Shown: piece by piece, positions 44,452-54,103 of the stretch
Layout of the letters: every line of letters starts with the position of its first letter
Numbering within the stretch: the first letter of the stretch is position 1
Source of the DNA: a virus
Taxonomy: Duplodnaviria > Caudoviricetes
IMG/VR virus record: IMGVR_UViG_3300022602_000025
DNA: 64,000 bases
Strand: one strand, 5' to 3'
The notes under the pieces: generated by a model
What the model saw: only the letters and a program-made list of their open reading frames with translations
Database searches by the model: none
What the model was told of the DNA's origin: nothing
Position numbers and translations under genes: made by a program

Positions 44452-45594
44452 ATGACAACACTAAGAAATCAGATTGTAAATTTAACGTCAAATATCGACG
44501 CTAACTTTCCTGTACAAGGACAGGACAATCCCAGCGCAGGTTTTAGAAATAACTTTGGTGCAATCCAAACAGTTTTTTATGAAGTTTCTAATGCGTTTAA
44601 TGACATTTACAATAACCCTTTACAAGCACCCTTAGCAACTACATCTAGTACGGGCGTAGTAATTATATCAACTGGATTACATGTTAGCACCACTACAGGT
44701 GCTGTTAGTGTTGTTTCTGCAACTACATCATCAATTGGCGGAGTGATTGTAGGATCTGGAATCAATGTAGACAATTCCGGAACTATTTCAGTTACACCGT
44801 ATAGCTTGGTAACAGCAACTAATTCTGTATTAGGTTGTGTGATCGTAGGATCCGGCATTGATGTTAACAATGGAATTATCAGTGTAACTCCATATACACT
44901 TAATACAGCAACTGCGCTGGCTCTAGGCGGAGTTAAAATTGGATCAAATATCAATGTTGCAGGTGATGGAACTATTAGTGTTACATTCCCGCAAGCATAT
45001 ACCTTAGCCACAGCAACCAATTCTGTATTGGGCGGAGTTAAGATCGGTGCAAACGTAACCATCGCAGGTGATGGAACTATTAGTGTTGCTACCCCATACT
45101 CATTGCCTGCCGCAACTAACGCTACATTAGGTGGTGTCATTGCAGGATCAAATGTAAACATCGCAGGTGATGGTACTATCAGTGTTGCAGCTCCTTACTC
45201 TTTAACAACCGCAACAGCAAGCTCGTTAGGTGGAATTAAACTTGGTTCTAACTTAACTGCAACTGCAGACGGAACAGTAAGTTCTAATTGGAATGGTGGC
45301 ACTATTGCTAACCCAACATCAATTACTAATACTACACAAAGCACAAGTACAAATACAGGTGCGTTGACTGTAACAGGCGGACTTGGAGTAGGTGGCAATG
45401 CCCACGTAGGCGGTACTATGACATTAGGTGCTCCACTGGTATTACCAATTTATTCAACATCAACATTAAAAACAATAGTTTCAACAGCTACAGCGGCAAT
45501 AGTTTATGTTACTGATGCTCCTTTTGGTGCTCAACCCTGTTACTATAATGGTAACACTTGGTATACTCTAAACGCTCAGGTGCGTGTAGTTTAA
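44452..45594 (+). CDS. Tail-fibre-like protein with tandem ~28-aa repeats
   Basis: N-terminal IDANFPVQGQDN...GFRNNF anchor, repeats ATxxxLGGVKIGSNINVAGDGTISV. Confidence 0.8.
   Translation: MTTLRNQIVNLTSNIDANFPVQGQDNPSAGFRNNFGAIQTVFYEVSNAFNDIYNNPLQAPLATTSSTGVVIISTGLHVSTTTGAVSVVSATTSSIGGVIVGSGINVDNSGTISVTPYSLVTATNSVLGCVIVGSGIDVNNGIISVTPYTLNTATALALGGVKIGSNINVAGDGTISVTFPQAYTLATATNSVLGGVKIGANVTIAGDGTISVATPYSLPAATNATLGGVIAGSNVNIAGDGTISVAAPYSLTTATASSLGGIKLGSNLTATADGTVSSNWNGGTIANPTSITNTTQSTSTNTGALTVTGGLGVGGNAHVGGTMTLGAPLVLPIYSTSTLKTIVSTATAAIVYVTDAPFGAQPCYYNGNTWYTLNAQVRVV
44680..45290 (+). repeat. Imperfect tandem coding repeats (~84-105 bp units)
   Basis: GCAGGTGATGG(A/T)ACTAT(T/C)AGTGTT recurs near 44960, 45064 and 45163, with more diverged copies upstream. 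Confidence 0.75.
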
Positions 45595-45628
45595 CTATTA
45601 AATATAAACCTATAACGGATAAGAACAG

Positions 45629-47104
45629 ATGGCATCAAATATAAACCCAAACTCAATAGACGCAACATTTCCTGTCCCAGGGCAGGATAACGACACACAA
45701 GGATTTAGAGATAACTTCAGTGCTATCGTTACCGCCTTAACTACAGCAAATTTTGAAATCAGCCAGCTACAGATGAATGGTGCTAGTCTAGTTCAAAATA
45801 ACGATTTTAACACTAACGAAATCCGTAATGCTATTTTACATGATGTAGGTTGGCTAGTTGCAGACTATACAGGCCAAGCTGTTACAGGGTTTAACACAAT
45901 TAATTACCAAGCTGGTAACTATCAAAAGTTCTTAGTAGATCCAACAACTACAACTAACTTTACTGTTATCAATTGGCCAGCAAATAACATTAATGGCGCA
46001 CTACAAGTACAGGTACAATCTACTAATACACAAGGTATGGTTTACTTCCAAGCTGTAACAACAGGAACTACACTATATGTTGACAGCAGAATTAAAAATC
46101 CATACACAGTAAATTCACAAACAGCCGTTATATTTGAGATTTCTAGTCCCGACCAAGGCAAAACACAATTCCTAACAGCATATTCTGTTGGTACATCAAC
46201 AACTACAGGTGCTATCACATTTAGTGATATTACGGTTACTGACACAGCTAACAGCACATCAACTACTACAGGTGCGTTGATAGTCAATGGCGGTGTTGGT
46301 GTTGCTGCTGATGTTGTCGTTGGCGGCACTATTACGGCCAACAGCGGAAGTTATACTACATTTAATGTTGGCGGCTACGGTGTATCTACATCAACTGTGG
46401 TTAATACTGTTCTTAACAGTTCAACTTATATCGTAGGTGACGGTAGCTGGAATCAAAATATCACTTTCCCAGTTGATTATGGCTTAGGATCATACCAACG
46501 TTATACAGTAAACAATACTCAAACAAGCGTTGGGTTCTACTTTACTAACTGGCCACAAGACGGCGGTGTACATAAAGGTACTCTTGAAATCCAATACACT
46601 AAGAGAACACGAGTAGCGTTCCAACAAACAGGTATCTATATCAGTACTTGTACAACTAACGGTATGAGTGTTGATGTTTATTTGGGTTCAGGTACAGCAT
46701 TAAATCAATTTAAGATTGGTAGCGGTTGGTATGCTTGGACTGATACAACTCCGTCAAGCAGTTTAGGTCTATGGGATCCAACTAATCCTGCTACCTACAC
46801 AACTTTAACTACAGTTCAATCAGTTATTGGTTCACAGATTATTACAGTAAATCCTCCAATTAACTTGTCAACAGCAACAACCTTATACTTTGCACCAGGA
46901 CCAGGAGCGGCAGGTAGAGTTGGTTATGTGTCTAACGGAGCAACACTTGTAGTTAATAGACAGTATCCAAGTAACTACGCTGTAGGCAATACTGGAACTA
47001 CTATCGTATTAGAAGTTACAACTCCAGACGGTGGCAATACCATATTCGTAGATAGAGTAGATGCTTACGATGCTGGCTTTGCAGATATTAACTCAGCTAA
47101 CTAA
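45629..47104 (+). CDS. Tail-fibre-like structural protein, paralogous N-terminus to 44452
   Basis: IDATFPVPGQDNDTQGFRDNF anchor, Thr-rich body. Confidence 0.75.
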   Translation: MASNINPNSIDATFPVPGQDNDTQGFRDNFSAIVTALTTANFEISQLQMNGASLVQNNDFNTNEIRNAILHDVGWLVADYTGQAVTGFNTINYQAGNYQKFLVDPTTTTNFTVINWPANNINGALQVQVQSTNTQGMVYFQAVTTGTTLYVDSRIKNPYTVNSQTAVIFEISSPDQGKTQFLTAYSVGTSTTTGAITFSDITVTDTANSTSTTTGALIVNGGVGVAADVVVGGTITANSGSYTTFNVGGYGVSTSTVVNTVLNSSTYIVGDGSWNQNITFPVDYGLGSYQRYTVNNTQTSVGFYFTNWPQDGGVHKGTLEIQYTKRTRVAFQQTGIYISTCTTNGMSVDVYLGSGTALNQFKIGSGWYAWTDTTPSSSLGLWDPTNPATYTTLTTVQSVIGSQIITVNPPINLSTATTLYFAPGPGAAGRVGYVSNGATLVVNRQYPSNYAVGNTGTTIVLEVTTPDGGNTIFVDRVDAYDAGFADINSAN

Positions 47105-47346
47105 TGTTTAATCCATTACTAGACGACCTTACTCAATTAAAAGATCAGGACTTGGAAGCCAAGATGACTGATCTTAATAAAAAGTATACCATAGCACTTA
47201 GAACTGGTAACGGTTCTTTGGCTATGCAGGTCGCTATGATAATTGAAGCCGTGCGTGACGAAACACTAAGACGCCAATCAGAAGCTACCAAAAAAATGTT
47301 AGCAAAACAAAACAAAGACCTAGATGGTTTAATCAATATTGGTTGA
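47104..47346 (+). CDS. Small helical hypothetical protein
   Basis: TAATG overlap. Confidence 0.6.
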   Translation: MFNPLLDDLTQLKDQDLEAKMTDLNKKYTIALRTGNGSLAMQVAMIIEAVRDETLRRQSEATKKMLAKQNKDLDGLINIG

Positions 47347-47371
47347 CCTGCAACTGCAGATGTGTTATAAT
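47343..47371 (+). promoter_or_regulatory. sigma70-type promoter (leaderless gene follows)
   Basis: TTGACC-17-TATAAT, ATG after a 6-nt gap. Confidence 0.7.
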
Positions 47372-47377
47372 TAGCAC

Positions 47378-47899
47378 ATGAAAGTCACAGATTTTAGAGA
47401 AGTAATTTTAGATGAACAGGATATATTCCAAGGACTATATTCTGGCAAAATTACCAAACTAGATCAAGTCAACATTGACAATCAAACGCTTATTGAGCGA
47501 TTCAATACAGCTCGTAATCAAAACGCAGATCCATTTCCTGTATTACACAAATTTGAACAAACCGTTGATAGCATTAAAGATTTTGATGCTAAAAATCAAG
47601 ATCAATGGTTTATGCCAGAAGAATACAGATTATATGACATCGTAGACTGGTTATATTGCGAATGCCGTACTGAAGAAGAAAAGACCAGGGTAACTGAAGA
47701 ATTAAAGCTGTTCGCCCAACATAACATGATCACCCTCTTAAAATACCTTAAATACTTAGTCGACACTATGCGTACTAACAAGATTGTTTGGGGTGTAGGA
47801 CGTGGATCAAGCGTAGCAAGTTATTGTTTATTCTTAATAGGTGTCCATAAAGTTGACAGTATCAAGTATGATTTAGACATACATGAGTTTTTAAAATAG
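47378..47899 (+). CDS. Stand-alone fragment homologous to DNA polymerase III alpha (GRGS region)
   Basis: WGVGRGSSVASYCLFLIGVHKVDSIKYDL..EFL matches the DnaE GRGSAAGS.V.Y.LGIT.VDP..Y.L.FERFL motif. Confidence 0.75.
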   Translation: MKVTDFREVILDEQDIFQGLYSGKITKLDQVNIDNQTLIERFNTARNQNADPFPVLHKFEQTVDSIKDFDAKNQDQWFMPEEYRLYDIVDWLYCECRTEEEKTRVTEELKLFAQHNMITLLKYLKYLVDTMRTNKIVWGVGRGSSVASYCLFLIGVHKVDSIKYDLDIHEFLK

Positions 47900-47909
47900 G
47901 AGAGTCATT

Positions 47910-48110
47910 ATGACCCGTAAAGTATATAAGAGTATGCAGGGAAAAACTGTAGACATGGAATCATTAGCAGCTCGTAACGAAACAATGCCAGCCGTTGGAA
48001 ATGTTCGTATGAATGCTCGTGGTGATCAATTAGGCCCAGGCGGTCAAGTTGTTAAGAAACGTGAAGATATCGTTAACGATCACTACAAAAATCAATCACC
48101 AAAACAATAA
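47910..48110 (+). CDS. Small basic hypothetical protein
   Basis: AGGAG SD. Confidence 0.65.
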   Translation: MTRKVYKSMQGKTVDMESLAARNETMPAVGNVRMNARGDQLGPGGQVVKKREDIVNDHYKNQSPKQ

Positions 48111-48122
48111 TAAGGAGGCCCA

Positions 48123-48503
48123 ATGGCTGTTAAAGGAAACTTTATTCCATTAAAAGACAATGTACTTTTACACAATATGAACTTTGATGAAGAAGTTCTC
48201 GAATCAGGTATTATACTTCAAAGTGATAATGGTAAAGGTGAAGGTGTTCATCCTAGATGGGCGCAGGTTTGGGCTATTGGTCCAGAACAGACAGAAGTAA
48301 AAGTGGGCGAGTGGGTCCTTATGGAACACGGACGTTGGAGCCGTGCAATCAAGTATGAGTATGATGATGGTACAGAAATTGATATACATCTAGCAGATAA
48401 TAACGCTATAATGTTGTCATCAGATGAAAAGCCTTCTAATACAGGGTACCGTGCTGTTGCGGCAGGCGTTGGTGGTAATTTTAATTTTAACATTCCGGGA
48501 TAA
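48123..48503 (+). CDS. groES: GroES/gp31-like co-chaperonin
   Basis: PLKDNV, ESGIIL, V.AIGP and VKVGEWVL pattern. Confidence 0.75.
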   Translation: MAVKGNFIPLKDNVLLHNMNFDEEVLESGIILQSDNGKGEGVHPRWAQVWAIGPEQTEVKVGEWVLMEHGRWSRAIKYEYDDGTEIDIHLADNNAIMLSSDEKPSNTGYRAVAAGVGGNFNFNIPG

Positions 48504-48537
48504 TTATGACGAATCCATTTCGGTGATAAATAGTTGT

Positions 48538-49140
48538 ATGATATACTTGTACATTAAAACTCACCGGAAAACAGGATTAAAATATTTAGGAAAAACTTCT
48601 TCTACAGATCCGCATTTATACCCTGGATCAGGAACAAGATGGCGGGCACATTTAGACAAGTACGGATACGACTTTGATACTGAAATATTGTTAGAAAGTA
48701 ATGATCCTGTTAAGATAAAAGAAGCAGGGTTGCATTATAGTAACATGTGGAATGTTGTAGAAGATATAACATGGGCAAATCTTAAACCAGAATCCGGAGA
48801 CGGAGGAACGTTTACTCACACTGAAGAAGCTAAGGAAAAGATAGGCAACGCATCAAGAGGAAGGCCGAGTCCGTATAAAGGTATGACATACGAAGAGATT
48901 CAGAAAGATCCAATAAAAGCGTTAGAAAGAAAACAGCAACATCAGCAGTGGATGGAAGAAAATAACCCGTATCGAGGAAAAACTCACTCTGATGAGAGCA
49001 GAGAAAAAATGAAAAGTTCTGCATCGAAAAGAGCATTACTAACAGAAGAAGAACGAAAACAAAGCTGGGGTCATCTGAAAGGAAAGCCCTGGTCAGAAGC
49101 AAGAAAATTAGCACAACAAAATAGAAAGAAGACAAAATGA
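48538..49140 (+). CDS. GIY-YIG-like homing endonuclease with NUMOD3 repeats
   Basis: YLYIKTH...KYLGKT...YPGSG catalytic region, HTEEAKEKI and GKTHSDESREKM NUMOD3 motifs. Confidence 0.85.
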   Translation: MIYLYIKTHRKTGLKYLGKTSSTDPHLYPGSGTRWRAHLDKYGYDFDTEILLESNDPVKIKEAGLHYSNMWNVVEDITWANLKPESGDGGTFTHTEEAKEKIGNASRGRPSPYKGMTYEEIQKDPIKALERKQQHQQWMEENNPYRGKTHSDESREKMKSSASKRALLTEEERKQSWGHLKGKPWSEARKLAQQNRKKTK

Positions 49141-49505
49141 ATCTATTTAGAGACCAAGAAAAATTTATGAAGGCTTGCGACCAAACGGTCGACGAGTTTA
49201 ACCAATCACAGTATAATCTATATATAGGGTTGATCGCAGAAGAGACCGCAGAATTAAACGGTGCTATAGCACAAGGTGATCGTGTTGAACAGTTAGACGC
49301 ACTAATAGATATCCTAGTTGTTACCATTGGTGCGATCCATTCAGCGGGTGCTGACGGTGAAGGAGCCTGGAAAGAAGTTATGCGTACCAACTTCGCTAAG
49401 ATTGATAAAGAAACAGGCAAGGTACGTAAACGTGAAGATGGAAAAGTGTTGAAGCCGCTAGGTTGGGAGCCACCTAACTTAAAAACATTTGTCCAAAAGG
49501 AGTAA
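49137..49505 (+). CDS. MazG-like nucleotide pyrophosphohydrolase
   Basis: LIAEETAEL, DALIDILVV, EVMRTNFAK and RKREDGKVLKP. Confidence 0.8.
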   Translation: MNLFRDQEKFMKACDQTVDEFNQSQYNLYIGLIAEETAELNGAIAQGDRVEQLDALIDILVVTIGAIHSAGADGEGAWKEVMRTNFAKIDKETGKVRKREDGKVLKPLGWEPPNLKTFVQKE

Positions 49506-49507
49506 GT

Positions 49508-49825
49508 ATGAAAAAGCTATTGGCAATTTTTACATTATGTGCAGGGTTAGGTACATGTGCAACATCATATGCTGAACCGTGGCACCATGGTGGTGGGCAT
49601 TATGTTTACCGTCCAGGATTTGGTTGGGTAGTACCAGCTGTGGTTGGCGGGGTTATTGGATACGAGATCGCTCGTCCATATCAGCCAAACGTTGTTGTAG
49701 TTCAACCACAACCAGTATATCCTCCTCCAGCCGCTCCAGTATATCCTCAACCAGCAGGATATCATTGGGAAGCTATCCTAGATGCTAACTGTAATTGTTA
49801 TAAAACAGTTTTAGTTCCAAATTAA
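49508..49825 (+). CDS. Secreted Pro-rich protein
   Basis: Signal peptide, VVVQPQPVYPPP repeats. Confidence 0.6.
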   Translation: MKKLLAIFTLCAGLGTCATSYAEPWHHGGGHYVYRPGFGWVVPAVVGGVIGYEIARPYQPNVVVVQPQPVYPPPAAPVYPQPAGYHWEAILDANCNCYKTVLVPN

Positions 49826-49840
49826 TAAATCCAATAGGGC

Positions 49841-49870
49841 TTGACACGGCCCTGTTCTTCCCTGTATAAT
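49841..49870 (+). promoter_or_regulatory. sigma70-type promoter (leaderless gene follows)
   Basis: TTGACA-18-TATAAT, ATG after a 6-nt gap. Confidence 0.7.
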
Positions 49871-49876
49871 AAACAC

Positions 49877-50365
49877 ATGATATTCAACCGCGTAAAAGAA
49901 TTAAAAGAACAAGGACTAAGGATTGGTATAACCTTTAGTCAATTTGATATGCTCCATGCAGGACATATCGCTATGTTAAGCGAAGCAAAGAATCATTGCG
50001 ATTACTTAATTGCTGGATTACAAAACAATGCACAATGGGATCGTCCAGAAAAGAACGAACCTATCCAAAGTATTGTAGAAAGACAAATCCAATTGGCCGC
50101 TACTCGTTATGTAGACGAAATCGTAGTTTACAACACAGAACGAGACCTAGTTGACCTATTGCTTATTCTTCCAGTAGATGTTAGAATACTAGGTGTAGAA
50201 TACGAACATAAAGATTTCACAGGACGTAATGAGTGCATGGCCCGTGGTATTGAAATTATATACAACGGACGTGATCATTCATTTAGTTCTAGTAGTTTAC
50301 GTAAACGTGTAGTACAAGCAGAATCAAATAAAATTTTAAAGGGCGAACATGAAAGATCTAACTAG
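49877..50365 (+). CDS. Cytidylyltransferase (TagD/RfaE-like)
   Basis: FDMLHAGH (HxGH), YVDEIV, RDHSFSSSSLR. Confidence 0.85.
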   Translation: MIFNRVKELKEQGLRIGITFSQFDMLHAGHIAMLSEAKNHCDYLIAGLQNNAQWDRPEKNEPIQSIVERQIQLAATRYVDEIVVYNTERDLVDLLLILPVDVRILGVEYEHKDFTGRNECMARGIEIIYNGRDHSFSSSSLRKRVVQAESNKILKGEHERSN

Positions 50366-50540
50366 GATTCCTGATCCAAAAAAACATCAATATATTAGTT
50401 TTATCAAAAGCGGATTTAGAATCCTTGCAGGAATCGCATTAGCCGTTGCTGGATTAGACGGTGGCAATTATCTTATAGAAGTTACAGGATTACTTTTAGT
50501 GTTCGCTGAAGTGTTAGGAATAGCTGAGGAATTAGTATGA
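50349..50540 (+). CDS. Small membrane protein
   Basis: Hydrophobic helices. Confidence 0.6.
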   Translation: MKDLTRIPDPKKHQYISFIKSGFRILAGIALAVAGLDGGNYLIEVTGLLLVFAEVLGIAEELV

Positions 50541-51454
50541 AAGAACTATGGGTAGAAAAGTATCGTCCAAACCACATCACTGATTATGTGTTTAGAGACG
50601 GGCATCAACGTAAGCAAGTTGAAAATTGGATCAAAGAAGGTTCAATTCCGCACTTGCTGTTTAGTGGTGCGGCAGGTATTGGTAAGACTACCCTTGCTAA
50701 AGTTCTGTTCAACGAATTGTGTCTAGAAGAATACGACATCTTAGAAATCAATGCGTCACGTGAAAATAACGTTGACACAGTCCGCGATAAGATTATCAAC
50801 TTTGTACAGATGATGCCTTTTGGCCCATTTAAGGCGGTACTACTTGACGAGGCTGATTACTTGACTCCAAACGCACAGGCTATCTTGCGTGGTGTTATGG
50901 AAACTTATTCAAGCACTAGTAGATTTATTTTAACCTGTAACTATCCTAATCGTATCATTCCAGCACTACACAGTCGCTGTCAAGGATTCCACGTTGAGAA
51001 AACTGATCAAACAGAATTTACAGCTCGTGTTGCTACTATCCTAGTAACTGAAGAAGTTGACTTTGATCTAGATACTCTAGACACTTATGTAAAAGTCACT
51101 TATCCAGATATGCGTAAGTGTATTAATATGGTACAGCAAAATGTAGTAGATGGCAAGTTAGCAGGTGTTGATTCTAGCGACACAGGTCAAGCAGACTACA
51201 AAGTTGAAATGGTACAACTGTTTAAAGCTGGCAAGATTAAAGAAGCACGTAAACTTGTATGTGCATCAGCTCGCCCAGAAGAGATGGAAGATATCTATCG
51301 TTGGATGTATGACAACTTAGATTTGTTTGGAAAAGACGAAGAAACTAAAGATAGTGCGTTGTTGATTATTAAACAAGGCCTAGTTGATCATACCTTGATT
51401 GCAGATGCTGAAATTAACTTAGCCGCAACATTAACTAAACTAGCAAGACTCTAA
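50537..51454 (+). CDS. Sliding-clamp loader small subunit (RFC/gp44-like)
   Basis: WVEKYRP, GAAGIGKTT, LLDEAD and SRC motifs. Confidence 0.93.
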   Translation: MKELWVEKYRPNHITDYVFRDGHQRKQVENWIKEGSIPHLLFSGAAGIGKTTLAKVLFNELCLEEYDILEINASRENNVDTVRDKIINFVQMMPFGPFKAVLLDEADYLTPNAQAILRGVMETYSSTSRFILTCNYPNRIIPALHSRCQGFHVEKTDQTEFTARVATILVTEEVDFDLDTLDTYVKVTYPDMRKCINMVQQNVVDGKLAGVDSSDTGQADYKVEMVQLFKAGKIKEARKLVCASARPEEMEDIYRWMYDNLDLFGKDEETKDSALLIIKQGLVDHTLIADAEINLAATLTKLARL

Positions 51455-51458
51455 AAAG

Positions 51459-51504
51459 AAAACCACATAGTCTAACGTGCAGGTCGGGTTACTATGTGGT
51501 TTTT
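51459..51504. terminator. Bidirectional terminator between convergent genes
   Basis: AAAACCACATAGT/ACTATGTGGTTTT stem flanked by A/T tracts. Confidence 0.7.
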
Positions 51505-51525
51505 GCTGAATAAAATTAGTGGTTC

Positions 51526-52275
51526 TTATTCGATATTATTTTCCTTATAGATTTTCAAAATTTCTTTTACAACAGGGTGTCTTTCAACATCTTTTGTCTC
51601 AAACGTAGCCATAGCAATCATACGATAGTCACCTCCTTCGCCGTATAGACTGCAAAATTCTAGTAGACCATTCTCCTTTGGACGGTCTGCTTGATTCAAA
51701 TCCCCTGTTACTACCATTCTTGAGTTTTCGCCCAATCTGGTTAATAACATTTTCATCTGACTTGGTGTTGCGTTTTGCATTTCGTCAGCGATCACAAACG
51801 CATTTTTAAATGTGCGTCCACGCATATACGCTAACGGTGATATTTCAATCACGCCATCCTCAAGCATTTCTGCAATTTCTTTTGGATGATAGTACTCCTC
51901 AAACACGTCAAATATTGGTCGGGTCCATGGTTCCATTTTCTGGTTTAATGTTCCAGGTAGGAATCCGTGATCCTCATCTACGCTAACAGCTGGCCTAGTA
52001 ACCACTATTTTACTAATCTCCCCCTCTTTGAATAGTTTGATAGCCATCTGCACCGCCAACATGGTTTTGCCCGTGCCCGCAGGCCCGATTGCAAAAACTA
52101 TGTATTTTCGTGGGTTTTTAAGCAGTTCCAAGTATGTTTCTTGTGCCACGTTACGTGGAACAATATTAACTTGATGCTTTTTACGCAGATATTGATTCAT
52201 TTGAATCAAATTTGAAGTGTCGTTGCTGTGAGTAGGATTAGTATTAACCCTTTCTCTTCGTTTTGCTCTAGACAA
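51526..52275 (-). CDS. phoH: PhoH-like ATPase
   Basis: GPAGTGKT, RPAV, LAYMRGRTF, DEMQN, GDLNQAD, RHPVV. Confidence 0.95.
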   Translation of the reverse strand: MSRAKRRERVNTNPTHSNDTSNLIQMNQYLRKKHQVNIVPRNVAQETYLELLKNPRKYIVFAIGPAGTGKTMLAVQMAIKLFKEGEISKIVVTRPAVSVDEDHGFLPGTLNQKMEPWTRPIFDVFEEYYHPKEIAEMLEDGVIEISPLAYMRGRTFKNAFVIADEMQNATPSQMKMLLTRLGENSRMVVTGDLNQADRPKENGLLEFCSLYGEGGDYRMIAMATFETKDVERHPVVKEILKIYKENNIE

Positions 52276-52387
52276 ATTATGCCTCCTATAAGAGCGACCT
52301 GCATAGATATTTACATCAAATCTCTAAAATCCATATCAAATGCTATTATTTTTTACAGCATAAATATTATGTCAAAAGAGAGCTCTT

Positions 52388-52921
52388 ATGCACGATATTG
52401 TAGATATTATAAAAAACATAGAATCACTAACAACAAACGACTCAGCGTTTAAGATCCTTAAGGATTTTGAAAGAGTTCTAGACGACCTAGATTTGTACGT
52501 TTTTGAAAACTGGGAAGACGGCGAACTAGTTGAAGGTCCGGATATTCACAGACACGTTGTTAGCTGTAAATTTATGTGGCCATACAAAAATATGCCAGAC
52601 CCAGTTGGTGCCACTAGATTATTAGATTACGGATGCCAAGTTAAGTATCAAAAACATAACTTGCTAGTTCCACGTAAAGTATACAAGCCTAGCGATTTCC
52701 GCCCAGGTACAAAGAAAGGCAAAATTGATGCTCACCCAATTTGGGTAGTAGAAATCACAATGCCTAAGAAATTAATGCAAGATATCTATCAAGGCCAGAA
52801 ACGCCAAACAAGCGAATATGTTCGCGATCATATAGATATCAACCCTAACCAAGCTATGACCCCAGACGCAGCAGCAACAGAGGCGATGCCAGATGAACAA
52901 GCACCAATCCAAGGACAGTAA
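52388..52921 (+). CDS. Hypothetical protein (late-expressed)
   Basis: ATAAATA box at 52360. Confidence 0.7.
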   Translation: MHDIVDIIKNIESLTTNDSAFKILKDFERVLDDLDLYVFENWEDGELVEGPDIHRHVVSCKFMWPYKNMPDPVGATRLLDYGCQVKYQKHNLLVPRKVYKPSDFRPGTKKGKIDAHPIWVVEITMPKKLMQDIYQGQKRQTSEYVRDHIDINPNQAMTPDAAATEAMPDEQAPIQGQ

Positions 52922-53654
52922 TCTAACTGAAGGTCTTCGTCATGCTGATTTAAAAAGCATGATCAATAACCTTTTTACGATAGATCAGTATAGTAGCAAA
53001 ATGGGCAATGACAAAGATATTATTGTCCTACGCTTCCGTGCCGCTGATAAAGAACCAGCAATAGATTTAATGGAATTTATTGAAAGAGGTTATCCTTTCG
53101 TACTAGATGCTGATATCAGTTCAGGCGAAGAAAAAGATGGCAACTACAGCATCTTTGTAGAAATTGAACGTAGTAAAAAAGCTCCAGAACAGATCGCAGA
53201 TCTAATGAATGGTATTAGTCGTTTATGCGGTGAAGAAAATTGGCGTTTCCGTTGGTACAAAGATATCGGCGGTAATGATTTTAGCGAAGAAACATTTGCA
53301 ACAGTAGTACCGCTAACTTCTGTAGAATACGAAGAAAGAGTATCAGCAGAAGATAAAGGTGAAGTAACAGACTTCTTTGATCAAGGCGCAACAGATGTAG
53401 AAATGGATGAAAGTAAAAATTTAACTTTCAAGAAACCATATTCAGAAACATTACATGCAAAATTAGTTGCGATTGGTGATTACGCTGTTTTAAAAGAAGC
53501 ACTAAAAGGTGCTCTACAATTAGATGAAGCAAGTCGCGGTCAAGTTGTATACCTAAACAAATTTCTTGGTAATTATGATATTAACAAAATCGAAGGACAT
53601 TTTTTAGTTAGAAATGGTGATCGTGCTGTAATATTAGCCAAGGAGAAATGGTAA
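52893..53654 (+). CDS. Hypothetical protein
   Basis: 253-aa ORF in the operon. Confidence 0.7.
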   Translation: MNKHQSKDSNLTEGLRHADLKSMINNLFTIDQYSSKMGNDKDIIVLRFRAADKEPAIDLMEFIERGYPFVLDADISSGEEKDGNYSIFVEIERSKKAPEQIADLMNGISRLCGEENWRFRWYKDIGGNDFSEETFATVVPLTSVEYEERVSAEDKGEVTDFFDQGATDVEMDESKNLTFKKPYSETLHAKLVAIGDYAVLKEALKGALQLDEASRGQVVYLNKFLGNYDINKIEGHFLVRNGDRAVILAKEKW

Positions 53655-54103
53655 TGTTTAGTTGGGTTGTCCAATTAGTTCTAGGTAATATTCCGTTAAT
53701 TATATGGCCTGCACTAGCAGGCGGCGGCACCGCAGTATTTTTCTTATTTCATTTCCTAAGCGCATTACCACAAGTTAGGCCTTGGGCGTACTTGATTCGC
53801 CCAGTTAGTTTGTTAGTTACAGCGTTTGGTATATTCATGTATGGTGGTGCTGGAGTAACAGCAATATATCAAAAACAAATAGAAGAAATGCAGGCAAACG
53901 TAGAAGCTGCAGAAGCTAAAGCAGATCAAGCAAATCAAGATCTACATAATGCAGTTCAAGGTAAAGTAAAAGTAGTTAAAGAAGTACAAACTGTTTTTAA
54001 AGATAGAATTAAAGAAGTTCAAGTTCAAGTAGATAAAGACTGTAAAGTAGATGCATCAGCAATTGATGCTCTAAATGAAGTCGCTAAAGGTGGCAAACAA
54101 TGA
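53648..54103 (+). CDS. Membrane protein with coiled coil (i-spanin-like)
   Basis: N-terminal TM helices then a coiled coil, upstream of a lipoprotein. Confidence 0.55.
   Translation: MVMFSWVVQLVLGNIPLIIWPALAGGGTAVFFLFHFLSALPQVRPWAYLIRPVSLLVTAFGIFMYGGAGVTAIYQKQIEEMQANVEAAEAKADQANQDLHNAVQGKVKVVKEVQTVFKDRIKEVQVQVDKDCKVDASAIDALNEVAKGGKQ

Noticed and set aside
34564-47104. Many 60-180-aa alternative-frame ORFs within the tail genes
   Set aside because: They result from the strong codon bias and repeats of Thr/Gly-rich genes.
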